A stretch of 25,585 nucleotides of DNA. It comes from Patescibacteria group bacterium (GTDB taxonomy: Bacteria > Patescibacteriota > Patescibacteriia > 2-12-FULL-60-25). Of the stretch, positions 1 through 6,914 are shown piece after piece (positions within the stretch are counted from its first letter, which is position 1; every line of letters starts with the position of its first letter). A program made the translations under genes and the position numbers. A model generated the notes under the pieces. It saw nothing but the letters and a program-made list of their open reading frames with translations. It was not told the origin of the DNA and ran no database searches. Location: the NCBI GenBank assembly GCA_018824765.1, contig JAHJFW010000077.1, positions 1-25,585 of the forward strand. The letters run 5' to 3'.

Positions 1-606
1 ATAATTTTCAGGCCGCGTGTATTGCGGATATTCCAAATCCCCTCCGCGACCCCAAGACTCTTCCCGTAAAGATTCCGCCTTGCCCAACACGCCGGGGCGG
101 TTGCGCACAATCGCATCTGTCATAACCAAAGCTGCCAGCTCGCCGCCGGTCAAAACATAAGGTCCGATAGACAATTCCTCGTCCGCCAGCTTTGCCGCTA
201 CGCGCTCGTCTACGCCCTCATACCGACCGCATAAAAAAACCAACCTGTCATACTTGGCTAAACGCCGCGCTTCAGCTTGATTGAAAAGGCGGCCTTTGGC
301 GCTGGTCAGGATCACTCTGGTTTTTTTGGCGGCTGCGGTTTTTGTTCCATCTTTTTTGCGCAATTTCAAACTTGCCAACGCTTTATGGAAAGGCTCGACT
401 TTCAAGAGCATACCGGGGCCGCCGCCGAACGGACGGTCGTCAACCGTGCGGTGCTTGTCGCGGGTAAATTCCCTCAACTGAACCGCATCCACCTTCAGCA
501 AGCCGGACTTTTCCGCGCGCCCTAAAATCGACGCGCCGACATATGACGCGATCGTTTCAGGAAAAATCGTCACAATATCAATTTTTAGAATTTTTTTCTT
601 TGGCAT
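1..606 (-). CDS. trmD: tRNA (guanine-37-N1)-methyltransferase TrmD, 3' end runs off the window start
   Basis: Not in the ORF track; translated by hand from ATG at 606: MPKKKILKIDIVTIFPE...HRTVDDRPFGGGPGMLLKVEP...LCGRYEGVDERV...SIGPYVLTGGELAA...EES...LEYPQYTRPENY. All classic TrmD motifs present. Confidence 0.97.
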   Translation of the reverse strand, partial: MPKKKILKIDIVTIFPETIASYVGASILGRAEKSGLLKVDAVQLREFTRDKHRTVDDRPFGGGPGMLLKVEPFHKALASLKLRKKDGTKTAAAKKTRVILTSAKGRLFNQAEARRLAKYDRLVFLCGRYEGVDERVAAKLADEELSIGPYVLTGGELAALVMTDAIVRNRPGVLGKAESLREESWGRGGDLEYPQYTRPENY

Positions 607-618
607 ATTGACATATTC

Positions 619-648
619 AAAAACCGTGAGCATAATCTCACGGTTTTT
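619..648 (-). terminator. Intrinsic terminator-like hairpin between khpA and trmD (symmetrical, possibly bidirectional)
   Basis: AAAAACCGTGAG-CATAAT-CTCACGGTTTTT, a perfect 12-bp stem including the A/T tails. Confidence 0.7.
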
Positions 649-675
649 GTTTATTGTCGACTTTTGTTTCGGAAA

Positions 676-1038
676 TTAAATTCCGAGATCAGCTAGGTCG
701 GAATCAGAGACCAATCCTGCATCACCATGGCGACTCTCTTCTTCGCCTTGCGGGGAACGGTCTTCGTGATGCGCACGGCGCGCACCCTCTGGTTCGTAAA
801 TTTTCAAGTTAACGCGGGCATTGGCTTTGGCGCCTACGGTCTTGAGCAAAATGCGCAAGGCCCGTGCCGTCTGCCCCTGACGCCCGATGACATAACCCAT
901 GTCATCCTGATTTATGTGAAGCGTTATGAGGACGCCCCGTTCATCAACGGTGCGTTCCGTCTTAACGTCTTCCGGGTGATTCACGATGGACTTCACCACG
1001 TACTCGATAAACTCCTGATCGTTAAACGTTTCTGCCAT
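676..1038 (-). CDS. khpA: KH-domain RNA-binding protein (KhpA/YlqC family) with acidic C-terminal tail
   Basis: DMGYVIGRQGQTARALRILL GxxG KH motif and its usual position after rpsP. Start placed at MAETF (1038) rather than the track's alternative start at 1062. Confidence 0.9.
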   Translation of the reverse strand: MAETFNDQEFIEYVVKSIVNHPEDVKTERTVDERGVLITLHINQDDMGYVIGRQGQTARALRILLKTVGAKANARVNLKIYEPEGARRAHHEDRSPQGEEESRHGDAGLVSDSDLADLGI

Positions 1039-1139
1039 ATCGGCTAAAAAATTAATTTTCAAGAGAGCTTTTCGGAAACGGGTTCCTAATCAGACTCGAC
1101 CAACAGAATAACACCTATCCTTTTTAAAGGGAAGCGGCT

Positions 1140-1457
1140 TTAACTCGCAGTTTCTTTCTTTTTTGCCAGCTTTTCCTTGCGGGCTTTGGATAATTTGATT
1201 TTATTGCGCTTTTCGCCTTCCACTAATTTATTTTCCACAAATAGGTTCCAAACCGTATCCGAGGGCTGGGCGCCTTTTTCAAGCCAATGCTTTACCCGGT
1301 CGGCCTTTACCTCCAAGGTAGAAGGAGACGTATGCGGATTGTAATTACCGAGAATTTCAAGCGAACGCCCCCATGGATCGCGTGTTTTCTCCAACACTAT
1401 CAACCTGTAGAAAGGCTGTTTGCGCTTACCGACGCGCGTTAATCTGATGCTTAACAT
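1140..1457 (-). CDS. rpsP: 30S ribosomal protein S16
   Basis: MLSIRLTRVGKRKQPFYRLIV...LGNYNP...RVKHWLEKGAQPSDTV. Confidence 0.98.
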   Translation of the reverse strand: MLSIRLTRVGKRKQPFYRLIVLEKTRDPWGRSLEILGNYNPHTSPSTLEVKADRVKHWLEKGAQPSDTVWNLFVENKLVEGEKRNKIKLSKARKEKLAKKKETAS

Positions 1458-1499
1458 GAATGGATGAAAATAAGGATATTAATTGTTCCAATGCGCAAA

Positions 1500-1528
1500 A
1501 TGATAATTAAAAATGGCTTTTTTGTCAA
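1500..1528 (-). promoter_or_regulatory. Sigma70 promoter for rpsP-khpA
   Basis: TTGACA (1528-1523), 17 nt, TATCAT (1505-1500) on the minus strand. Confidence 0.75.
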
Positions 1529-1583
1529 TTCTCCGTATACCAACCTTTCCTATGGACCATTTTTGATTTACTAGGACTGAAAC

Positions 1584-2513
1584 CTACGAATTAAGGTCGT
1601 TCAAAAACCTTTCCGCCTCCAAAGCCGCCATACAGCCTGATCCGGCGGCTGTAACGGCTTGGCGGTATTTCGCATCCTGTACATCACCGGCGGCAAAAAC
1701 TCCCTCGACGTTGGTTTGTGCGCTGTCCGGTTTTGTCTTGATGTATTTTTTCTCATCCAGCTCCAAGACGCCTTCAAATAGTTTCGTATTCGGTTCATGC
1801 CCGATGGCTGAAAATACGCCGTCAGCGGCCAGTTCGCGAGTTTCTCCGGTTTGCGTATCTTTAAGGCGAACGCCGGTTACGCGCCCGACATCCACGCCTA
1901 AAATTTCCACCACTTCCGCATTCCAGATGACGTTTATTTTCGGATTTTTCAAAACCCTATCCTGCATAATCCGAGAAGCACGAAATGCGTCGCGGCGATG
2001 GATGATCGTAACTTCGGAAGCAAAACGCGTCAGGAAATCCGCTTCTTCCATGGCTGAATCACCTCCCCCGACTACCAAAACTTTTTTTTCTTTAAAGAAA
2101 AATCCGTCGCAGGTTGCGCAGGCTGACACGCCTTTGCCATAAAGCGCTTTTTCACTTTCCAGACCAAGTCGTCGTGCAGTGGCTCCAGTCGTGATGATGA
2201 CGGATTCGGCTTCGTATGTCTTGCCCTTGGCCGTGATTTTCAACGGGCGGGCGGTAAAATCCACGGCTTCAACGGTTTCTGAAATCACTTCAGTACCAAA
2301 ACGCTTGGCCTGCTGCTTGCATTTTTCCATCAATTCAGGGCCCATTACACCCTCGGGAAAACCGGGGAAGTTTTCGACTTCCGTGGTGGTTGTTAATTGC
2401 CCACCCGGTTCCGCGCCTTCGAATAACACCGGCTTCAACAAAGCGCGCGCCGCATAAATCGCCGCAGTCCAACCGGCCGGACCTGAACCGATGATAACAA
2501 GCCTATGAGTCAT
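1584..2513 (-). CDS. trxB: Thioredoxin reductase (NADPH)
   Basis: [17 protein letters not shown] motif, CATCDG active site, [17 protein letters not shown] motif, GVFAAGDV. Start placed at MTHRL. Confidence 0.98.
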   Translation of the reverse strand: MTHRLVIIGSGPAGWTAAIYAARALLKPVLFEGAEPGGQLTTTTEVENFPGFPEGVMGPELMEKCKQQAKRFGTEVISETVEAVDFTARPLKITAKGKTYEAESVIITTGATARRLGLESEKALYGKGVSACATCDGFFFKEKKVLVVGGGDSAMEEADFLTRFASEVTIIHRRDAFRASRIMQDRVLKNPKINVIWNAEVVEILGVDVGRVTGVRLKDTQTGETRELAADGVFSAIGHEPNTKLFEGVLELDEKKYIKTKPDSAQTNVEGVFAAGDVQDAKYRQAVTAAGSGCMAALEAERFLNDLNS

Positions 2514-2520
2514 AAAAATT

Positions 2521-2556
2521 TTCAATAATCAATTTACAATTTCCAATGATCATTGG
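2521..2556. repeat. Degenerate heptamer tract (NNCAATN) ending in palindrome CCAATGATCATTGG
   Basis: TTCAATA ATCAATT TACAATT TCCAATG ATCATTG in the trxA-trxB spacer. Confidence 0.5.
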
Positions 2557-2570
2557 TTGGATATTTGCTA

Positions 2571-2894
2571 TCAAGCTATGTGTTTTTGAATACGATCCTT
2601 TAGCGTTTCTTTATCTATCGAGCCACTGAACTGCTCAACCACTTGTCCGTTCTTAAAAATCAAAAAGGACGGAATGGACATAATGCCGTAAGTTTGCGCC
2701 GCCTTAGGATTTTCATCCACATTGCATTTCCCGACTTTCAACACCTCGGCAGACATTTCTGCTGCGATCTCCTCGATTACAGGAGCCATCATACGGCACG
2801 GCCCGCACCACGGCGCCCAAAAATCGACTAAAACAGGCACGGATGATTTGAGTACATCCGTTTCAAACGCGGCATCAGTAAAGGTGTGTTCCAT
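2571..2894 (-). CDS. trxA: Thioredoxin
   Basis: VDFWAPWCGPCRMM active site and cis-Pro motif SIPS. Confidence 0.98.
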   Translation of the reverse strand: MEHTFTDAAFETDVLKSSVPVLVDFWAPWCGPCRMMAPVIEEIAAEMSAEVLKVGKCNVDENPKAAQTYGIMSIPSFLIFKNGQVVEQFSGSIDKETLKDRIQKHIA

Positions 2895-2923
2895 AAAAAA
2901 TAAACTCTTAATAATTTGTTCTT

Positions 2924-2952
2924 AGACTACGACTTTATCCAAAAGAGGACAA
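2924..2952 (-). promoter_or_regulatory. Probable sigma70 promoter for trxA-trxB
   Basis: TTGTCC, 17 nt, TAGTCT. Confidence 0.5.
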
Positions 2953-3073
2953 GGGATGCGTTGGCCCTATGTATTAATTACACATATTTCCATCATCGAT
3001 TTGGAATTATTGGGATGAGCATTCACAGTCGCCTCCATATTTTTTCCACAGCCCCCAATCCACCCCCTTTCCC

Positions 3074-3111
3074 ATTATCAATTTTATCTCGATAGAGAAA
3101 AAATTGATAAT
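3074..3111. repeat. 38-bp ATTATCA...TGATAAT palindrome, copy 1
   Basis: ATTATCAATTTTATCTC-GATA-GAGAAAAAATTGATAAT; 16 of 17 positions pair. Confidence 0.85.
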
Positions 3112-3175
3112 TAACCTAAGTTTCAAGCCCTTGACACGCAATAAATTATATGGCAGCGGTATATGTAGGAGGACT

Positions 3176-3733
3176 ATGAAAAGAAAAACCCGAGAAAGTG
3201 CAAAAATCATCTCGTGCTCATTACTGAAAATCTTGGCAATGGGAACGTTAGTAACGATTGCCGGTCTGCTTTCCCAAGGAAAAACGGCCGACAAACTCGT
3301 GAAAGACCTTGGAAGATATTCTGCCTGGGAAATTAAACAACTACTGAGAAGATTAAAGGTCAGAAAACTCATCACATATGATGAAGAAGACGAGCACTCG
3401 CCCATTATGCTGACAGAACGGGGTTTTTCACGTTTAAGTAAGGATAATTTTAAAGTTATCAAAGGACGGAAATGGGATCATTTTTGGAGATTGATACTAT
3501 TCGATATTCCCGAATACCCGAAAAAGCGCCAGAGCTTCCAACGAATGTTATGTTCCCTAGGTTGTTTTCAAGTCCAAAAAAGTGTCTACGCCTATCCATT
3601 TGATTGCCAATCAGATCTAATTCGATTAGCCTCACAATACAAGGTCGGGGGTTACGTTACAGTCTTAACGATACCTACCCTCGGTCCACATGAAAAAAAC
3701 GCGCGGGATTTTTACTTTAAAAAATCGCGTTGA
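3176..3733 (+). CDS. Stand-alone PaaX-like protein: probable N-terminal winged HTH plus Cas2-like (ferredoxin-fold) domain
   Basis: KWDHFWRLILFDIPE...LCSLGCFQVQKSVYAYPFDC matches the PaaX-central/Cas2-like pattern common in CPR. The N-terminal L..L...KLI.Y....IMLTERG resembles a wHTH. Start placed at ATG 3176 after AGGAGG (3167-3172); 185 aa. Confidence 0.8.
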   Translation: MKRKTRESAKIISCSLLKILAMGTLVTIAGLLSQGKTADKLVKDLGRYSAWEIKQLLRRLKVRKLITYDEEDEHSPIMLTERGFSRLSKDNFKVIKGRKWDHFWRLILFDIPEYPKKRQSFQRMLCSLGCFQVQKSVYAYPFDCQSDLIRLASQYKVGGYVTVLTIPTLGPHEKNARDFYFKKSR

Positions 3734-3736
3734 GCA

Positions 3737-3774
3737 ATTATCAGAAAAAGCCCTATCGGGCTTTTTCTGATAAT
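3737..3774. repeat. 38-bp ATTATCA...TGATAAT palindrome, copy 2 (may also act as a terminator)
   Basis: ATTATCAGAAAAAGCCC-TATC-GGGCTTTTTCTGATAAT; perfect 17-bp arms, starting 3 nt after the stop codon. Confidence 0.9.
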
Positions 3775-3844
3775 TTATTTTTTGTATGCTGGATTATCCG
3801 GTGTCTTAAAATTATTTTATTATTCGGCTACCGCTTAGAAAATT

Positions 3845-3878
3845 GGATCCCTCGACTAGCTGTACTCGCTCAGGATGA
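3845..3878 (-). repeat. CGTC/GTCAT-type REP-like half element downstream of infB
   Basis: Minus strand reads TCATCCTGAGCGAGTACAGCTAGTCGAGGGATCC, matching the GTCATCCTGAGCGA...GTCGAAGGATC pattern of this repeat class (pattern recalled, not searched). Confidence 0.55.
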
Positions 3879-3886
3879 TTGTTTAG

Positions 3887-5902
3887 CTATCGCTGAACAA
3901 TCACTTTCCTCTCCTTCACATCCTCGTGATACACCTCTAGTTTATCACCAACAATAATTTTCACCTTCCCCTTAAACGCCAAACCGCACTCTTGGCCGCT
4001 GTAGGCTTCTTTTACGTTCTGCTTGCCGGATTGGACGGATTCGATAACTCCCTCACCGACAGGCTCTTCCCCGCGCCAGACACGCACCTTTTCTCCAGCT
4101 ACAATTTTCCCATCTCTCACGGATCCGCCGATAACCATGCGGCCGTGTTCAGTCCGGAAAATGGCAGCCGTCATGAATTCTCCAAGCGGCGTAACAATAA
4201 CTTCCGGCGGAACCATGGCATTCAAACGCTCCACAACATCGTCAAACAAATCATAGATAACTTTCCACTCTTTCACTTCCACGCCTTTCTCGCGCGCAAG
4301 TATCGCCGCCTGCGGCGTAATCGCTACGTTAAATCCATACACAACAGCCGGCTGCGCATCCTCTGCGCGCAAGATGTCATTTTCCGTAACATTGCCCAAA
4401 CCTTTTTTAATAACTTCCACGCCGATCTCATCGTGCTGTATTTTTTCAAACATTCCCAGCAATGCTTCCAGCGAACCCAAAACGTCACATTTCAAAACCA
4501 CATTCAGCATCTTTTTCGCTTCGGTCTTATCTTCCTCAGCGACAGCAACTTTGGTTGCTGAAAGTTGTGAAGCTACCTGATACGATGATTTCACTTTTTT
4601 AACTTGCAGCGTCTTGGGATCTTTCGGGACTTCCAAAATATCTCCGACAGACGGTGCGGCCTTGAAACCCAAAATCTTCACAGGGGTCCCCGGCGGCGCG
4701 GCTTCGAGCATACCCCCGTTCCAATCACGCATTGCCCTGACGCGACCGTAAGCGGCGCCGGCAACACCAATATAATCGTTGCGCTTAAGAGTTCCGGTTT
4801 GCACGAGGACGGTCGCAACAGGCCCTTCGCCCTTGTCCACGTGAGCTTCGATAACTGTGCCGGCTGCCAAGCGTTCGGGATTAGCGACTATTTTATCGGC
4901 ATTTAAATCAGCCACCAACAAAATCATGTCTAAAAGATCATCAATTCCCAATCCGCTTTTGGCTGAAATTTTCACCAACGGAACTTTGCCGCCCCAATTT
5001 TCAACGGTTACGCCGTTTTCCGCCAACTGTGCGAGCACGCGGTCCGGATCCGCCTCCGGCTTGTCCATTTTATTCAGCGCCACCACGAACGGCAGTTTCG
5101 CCGCCTGGATAATGCTGATTGCTTCCTTTGTCTGCGGCTGGACGCCGTCATCCGCTGCCACCACCAAAACCGCAATATCAGCCACGCGAGCGCCACGCGA
5201 GCGCATGACTGTAAATGCTTCGTGTCCGGGGGTATCGATAAAAGTAATCCTTCTCCCCTTCTTTTCCACCATGTAAGCACCGATATGCTGCGTAATTCCA
5301 CCAGCTTCTCCGCCCATGACATTGGTCGAACGAATAGCATCCAGAGTTTTGGTTTTTCCATGGTCAACGTGACCCATAACCACAACCACCGGGGGACGCG
5401 CAATGTTGTCTTCCGATTTCTCACTGTCCATAATCTCACGCACCCGATCGCCCGCCTGCATCACTTCCGCCAAATCGTCGCCCTTCGCTTCTTCCGGCAG
5501 AGCTTGAAAACCCAACTCCTCGGCAATGATGGAAGCTGTTTCAAAATCAAGACGCTCGTTTTGTGTGGCTAAAATGCCGCCTTTCATCAACTGCTGGATC
5601 ACCTTGGTAACCGGCATATTCAACTTACCGGCAAAATCCCTGACAATTATCATTGGCTGTAAATGTATCTCTTTCAATTTCTGCGTAGACCCCTCGCCGA
5701 TCCCCGGTTTGGCTTCAACAATCAAAGCGTCGCGCAGCTTTTTGCGGCGTTCCATCTCTATCCATTTCCGCGCGATCTGTTCGCCGGTTCTGTCATCAAT
5801 TTTAATGGCACGCCTGCCGATATCAAAACCAAACTCCGGCAATCTTTCCAAAAGCTCACTTGGGGTAACACGCAATCGGCGCGCAAGATCTGATACGTTC
5901 AT
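3887..5902 (-). CDS. infB: Translation initiation factor IF-2
   Basis: GHVDHGKT, GGITQHIGAY, DTPGHEAFTVMRSRGA, NKMD GTPase motifs. Start placed at MNVSDLARRL (5902), which is supported by the promoter position; 671 aa. Confidence 0.98.
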   Translation of the reverse strand: MNVSDLARRLRVTPSELLERLPEFGFDIGRRAIKIDDRTGEQIARKWIEMERRKKLRDALIVEAKPGIGEGSTQKLKEIHLQPMIIVRDFAGKLNMPVTKVIQQLMKGGILATQNERLDFETASIIAEELGFQALPEEAKGDDLAEVMQAGDRVREIMDSEKSEDNIARPPVVVVMGHVDHGKTKTLDAIRSTNVMGGEAGGITQHIGAYMVEKKGRRITFIDTPGHEAFTVMRSRGARVADIAVLVVAADDGVQPQTKEAISIIQAAKLPFVVALNKMDKPEADPDRVLAQLAENGVTVENWGGKVPLVKISAKSGLGIDDLLDMILLVADLNADKIVANPERLAAGTVIEAHVDKGEGPVATVLVQTGTLKRNDYIGVAGAAYGRVRAMRDWNGGMLEAAPPGTPVKILGFKAAPSVGDILEVPKDPKTLQVKKVKSSYQVASQLSATKVAVAEEDKTEAKKMLNVVLKCDVLGSLEALLGMFEKIQHDEIGVEVIKKGLGNVTENDILRAEDAQPAVVYGFNVAITPQAAILAREKGVEVKEWKVIYDLFDDVVERLNAMVPPEVIVTPLGEFMTAAIFRTEHGRMVIGGSVRDGKIVAGEKVRVWRGEEPVGEGVIESVQSGKQNVKEAYSGQECGLAFKGKVKIIVGDKLEVYHEDVKERKVIVQR

Positions 5903-5909
5903 GCGTCGC

Positions 5910-5938
5910 ATCCTACGGGAAAACCGCAATTTGGTCAA
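5910..5938 (-). promoter_or_regulatory. Sigma70 promoter placing the infB TSS at or next to the ATG
   Basis: TTGACC (5938-5933), 17 nt, TAGGAT (5915-5910), 7 nt, ATG (5902). Confidence 0.7.
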
Positions 5939-6056
5939 CCTTCTTTTCCATGTAATTCGCACTTCGCATCCGGTGCAAAATGAACTCCGGCGATAATCCG
6001 TTTACCATCCCCCTGAAAGCCTTCGCAAGGTTGTCAGAGTGTGAGAGGATGTCCAT

Positions 6057-6704
6057 ATGGACCAAATACTCCTGATTGATAAACCCGCCGGAATAACCTC
6101 GCATGATGCGGTTGACCGCGTGCGTCGCATTTTCAAAACGCGCAGGGTCGGCCATGCCGGAACGCTGGATCCGTTCGCGACCGGACTTTTAATCTTGGGC
6201 ATTGGTGATGCGACGAAGCGCTTATCGGAATACGTCGGACTGGATAAGACCTACGAGGCGACCGCGGAACTTGGAGCCACAAGTACCACATTTGATCCGG
6301 AGGGCGTGATAGTGCAAAGTACCGAGTGCCGAGTGCCGAGTGAAGAGGAAATCGAAAAAGCCTTTGAAAAATTCCGTGGCGGGTATGATCAAAAAGCGCC
6401 AATCTATTCCGCAAAGAAAGTCGGCGGAAAAAAATTGTATGAACTCGCACGCAAAGGCACGGCAACCGAAAATCTGCGCCCGACAAAGCACGTCATTATT
6501 TCCGAACTGATACTGATTGAATATGAGTGGCCAACACTGCGCTTCCGCGTCACCTGTTCTTCCGGCACATATATCCGCTCACTAACCGATGACATCGGCC
6601 GCGCCTTGGGTTGCGGCGGTTATTTATCCGCCCTGAAAAGAACGCGAATCGGCCACTTTTTCCTGATAAACGCGCAAACACTCGACACGCTGGAAAAAAA
6701 CTGA
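6057..6704 (+). CDS. truB: tRNA pseudouridine(55) synthase TruB (short form without C-terminal PUA domain)
   Basis: DKPAGITSHD, VGHAGTLDPFATGLL, KTYEAT, CSSGTYIRSL, LKRTRIG. Confidence 0.97.
   Translation: MDQILLIDKPAGITSHDAVDRVRRIFKTRRVGHAGTLDPFATGLLILGIGDATKRLSEYVGLDKTYEATAELGATSTTFDPEGVIVQSTECRVPSEEEIEKAFEKFRGGYDQKAPIYSAKKVGGKKLYELARKGTATENLRPTKHVIISELILIEYEWPTLRFRVTCSSGTYIRSLTDDIGRALGCGGYLSALKRTRIGHFFLINAQTLDTLEKN
6322..6342 (+). repeat. (CCGAGTG)x3 heptamer repeat inside truB
   Basis: Three perfect 7-mers (21 bp, frame-neutral) encoding part of TECRVPSE. Confidence 0.8.
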
Positions 6705-6739
6705 TACCTTTAGATTACCGACCTTAATTATTATCAGTA

Positions 6740-6904
6740 CCGGACGTAACGACAGATCTAAGCCCATGGCTTAGAAAACTACCAGCCCGTGGTCGGCTCT
6801 TCCTCGCAATTGTATCGGCCGTTATTGGAAAATTAAACACAGGCCACTGTCAAAGCCGAAGAAGCCCGTTCCCTGCTTTTAGGGATGTCTGTCTTACGTC
6901 ACGG
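6740..6904 (+). ncRNA. Structured RNA upstream of rny (6S RNA-like or cis-regulatory leader)
   Basis: Long-range stem CCG-GACGTAA-C-GACAGA (6740-6756) pairs with TCTGTC-TTACGTC-A-CGG (6888-6904). It encloses hairpins CTAAGCC-CAT-GGCTTAG and TCCCTG-CTTT-TAGGGA and an inner GGCTCTTC/GAAGAAGCC pairing. Family assignment is inference. Confidence 0.5.
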
Positions 6905-6914
6905 ATCATGTTTT

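Noticed and set aside
3052-3073. G-rich minus-strand tract (GGG AAA GGGGG T GG ATT GGGGG) as a G-quadruplex beside palindrome copy 1
   Set aside because: Only three runs of 3 or more G and no comparative support.
3131-3165. Sigma70 promoter for the PaaX-like gene from TTGACA at 3131
   Set aside because: No acceptable -10 hexamer at 16-18 nt spacing.
3007-3462. Antisense and overlapping ORFs in the track (this one, 3992-4561, 6926-7849, 14182-14862, 18389-18952 and similar)
   Set aside because: They are shadow ORFs of well-identified genes, with no family motifs or expression signals.
3176-3733. Calling this gene CRISPR cas2
   Set aside because: It is about twice the length of Cas2 with an HTH-like N-terminus, and there is no cas1, other cas gene or array in the window. 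It fits the stand-alone PaaX-like class.
6740-6904. SRP RNA, tmRNA or RNase P RNA identity for the structured RNA
   Set aside because: It lacks the SRP CAGG..GNRA..AGCAG motif, tRNA-like ends and the RNase P GAGGAAAGUCC motif.
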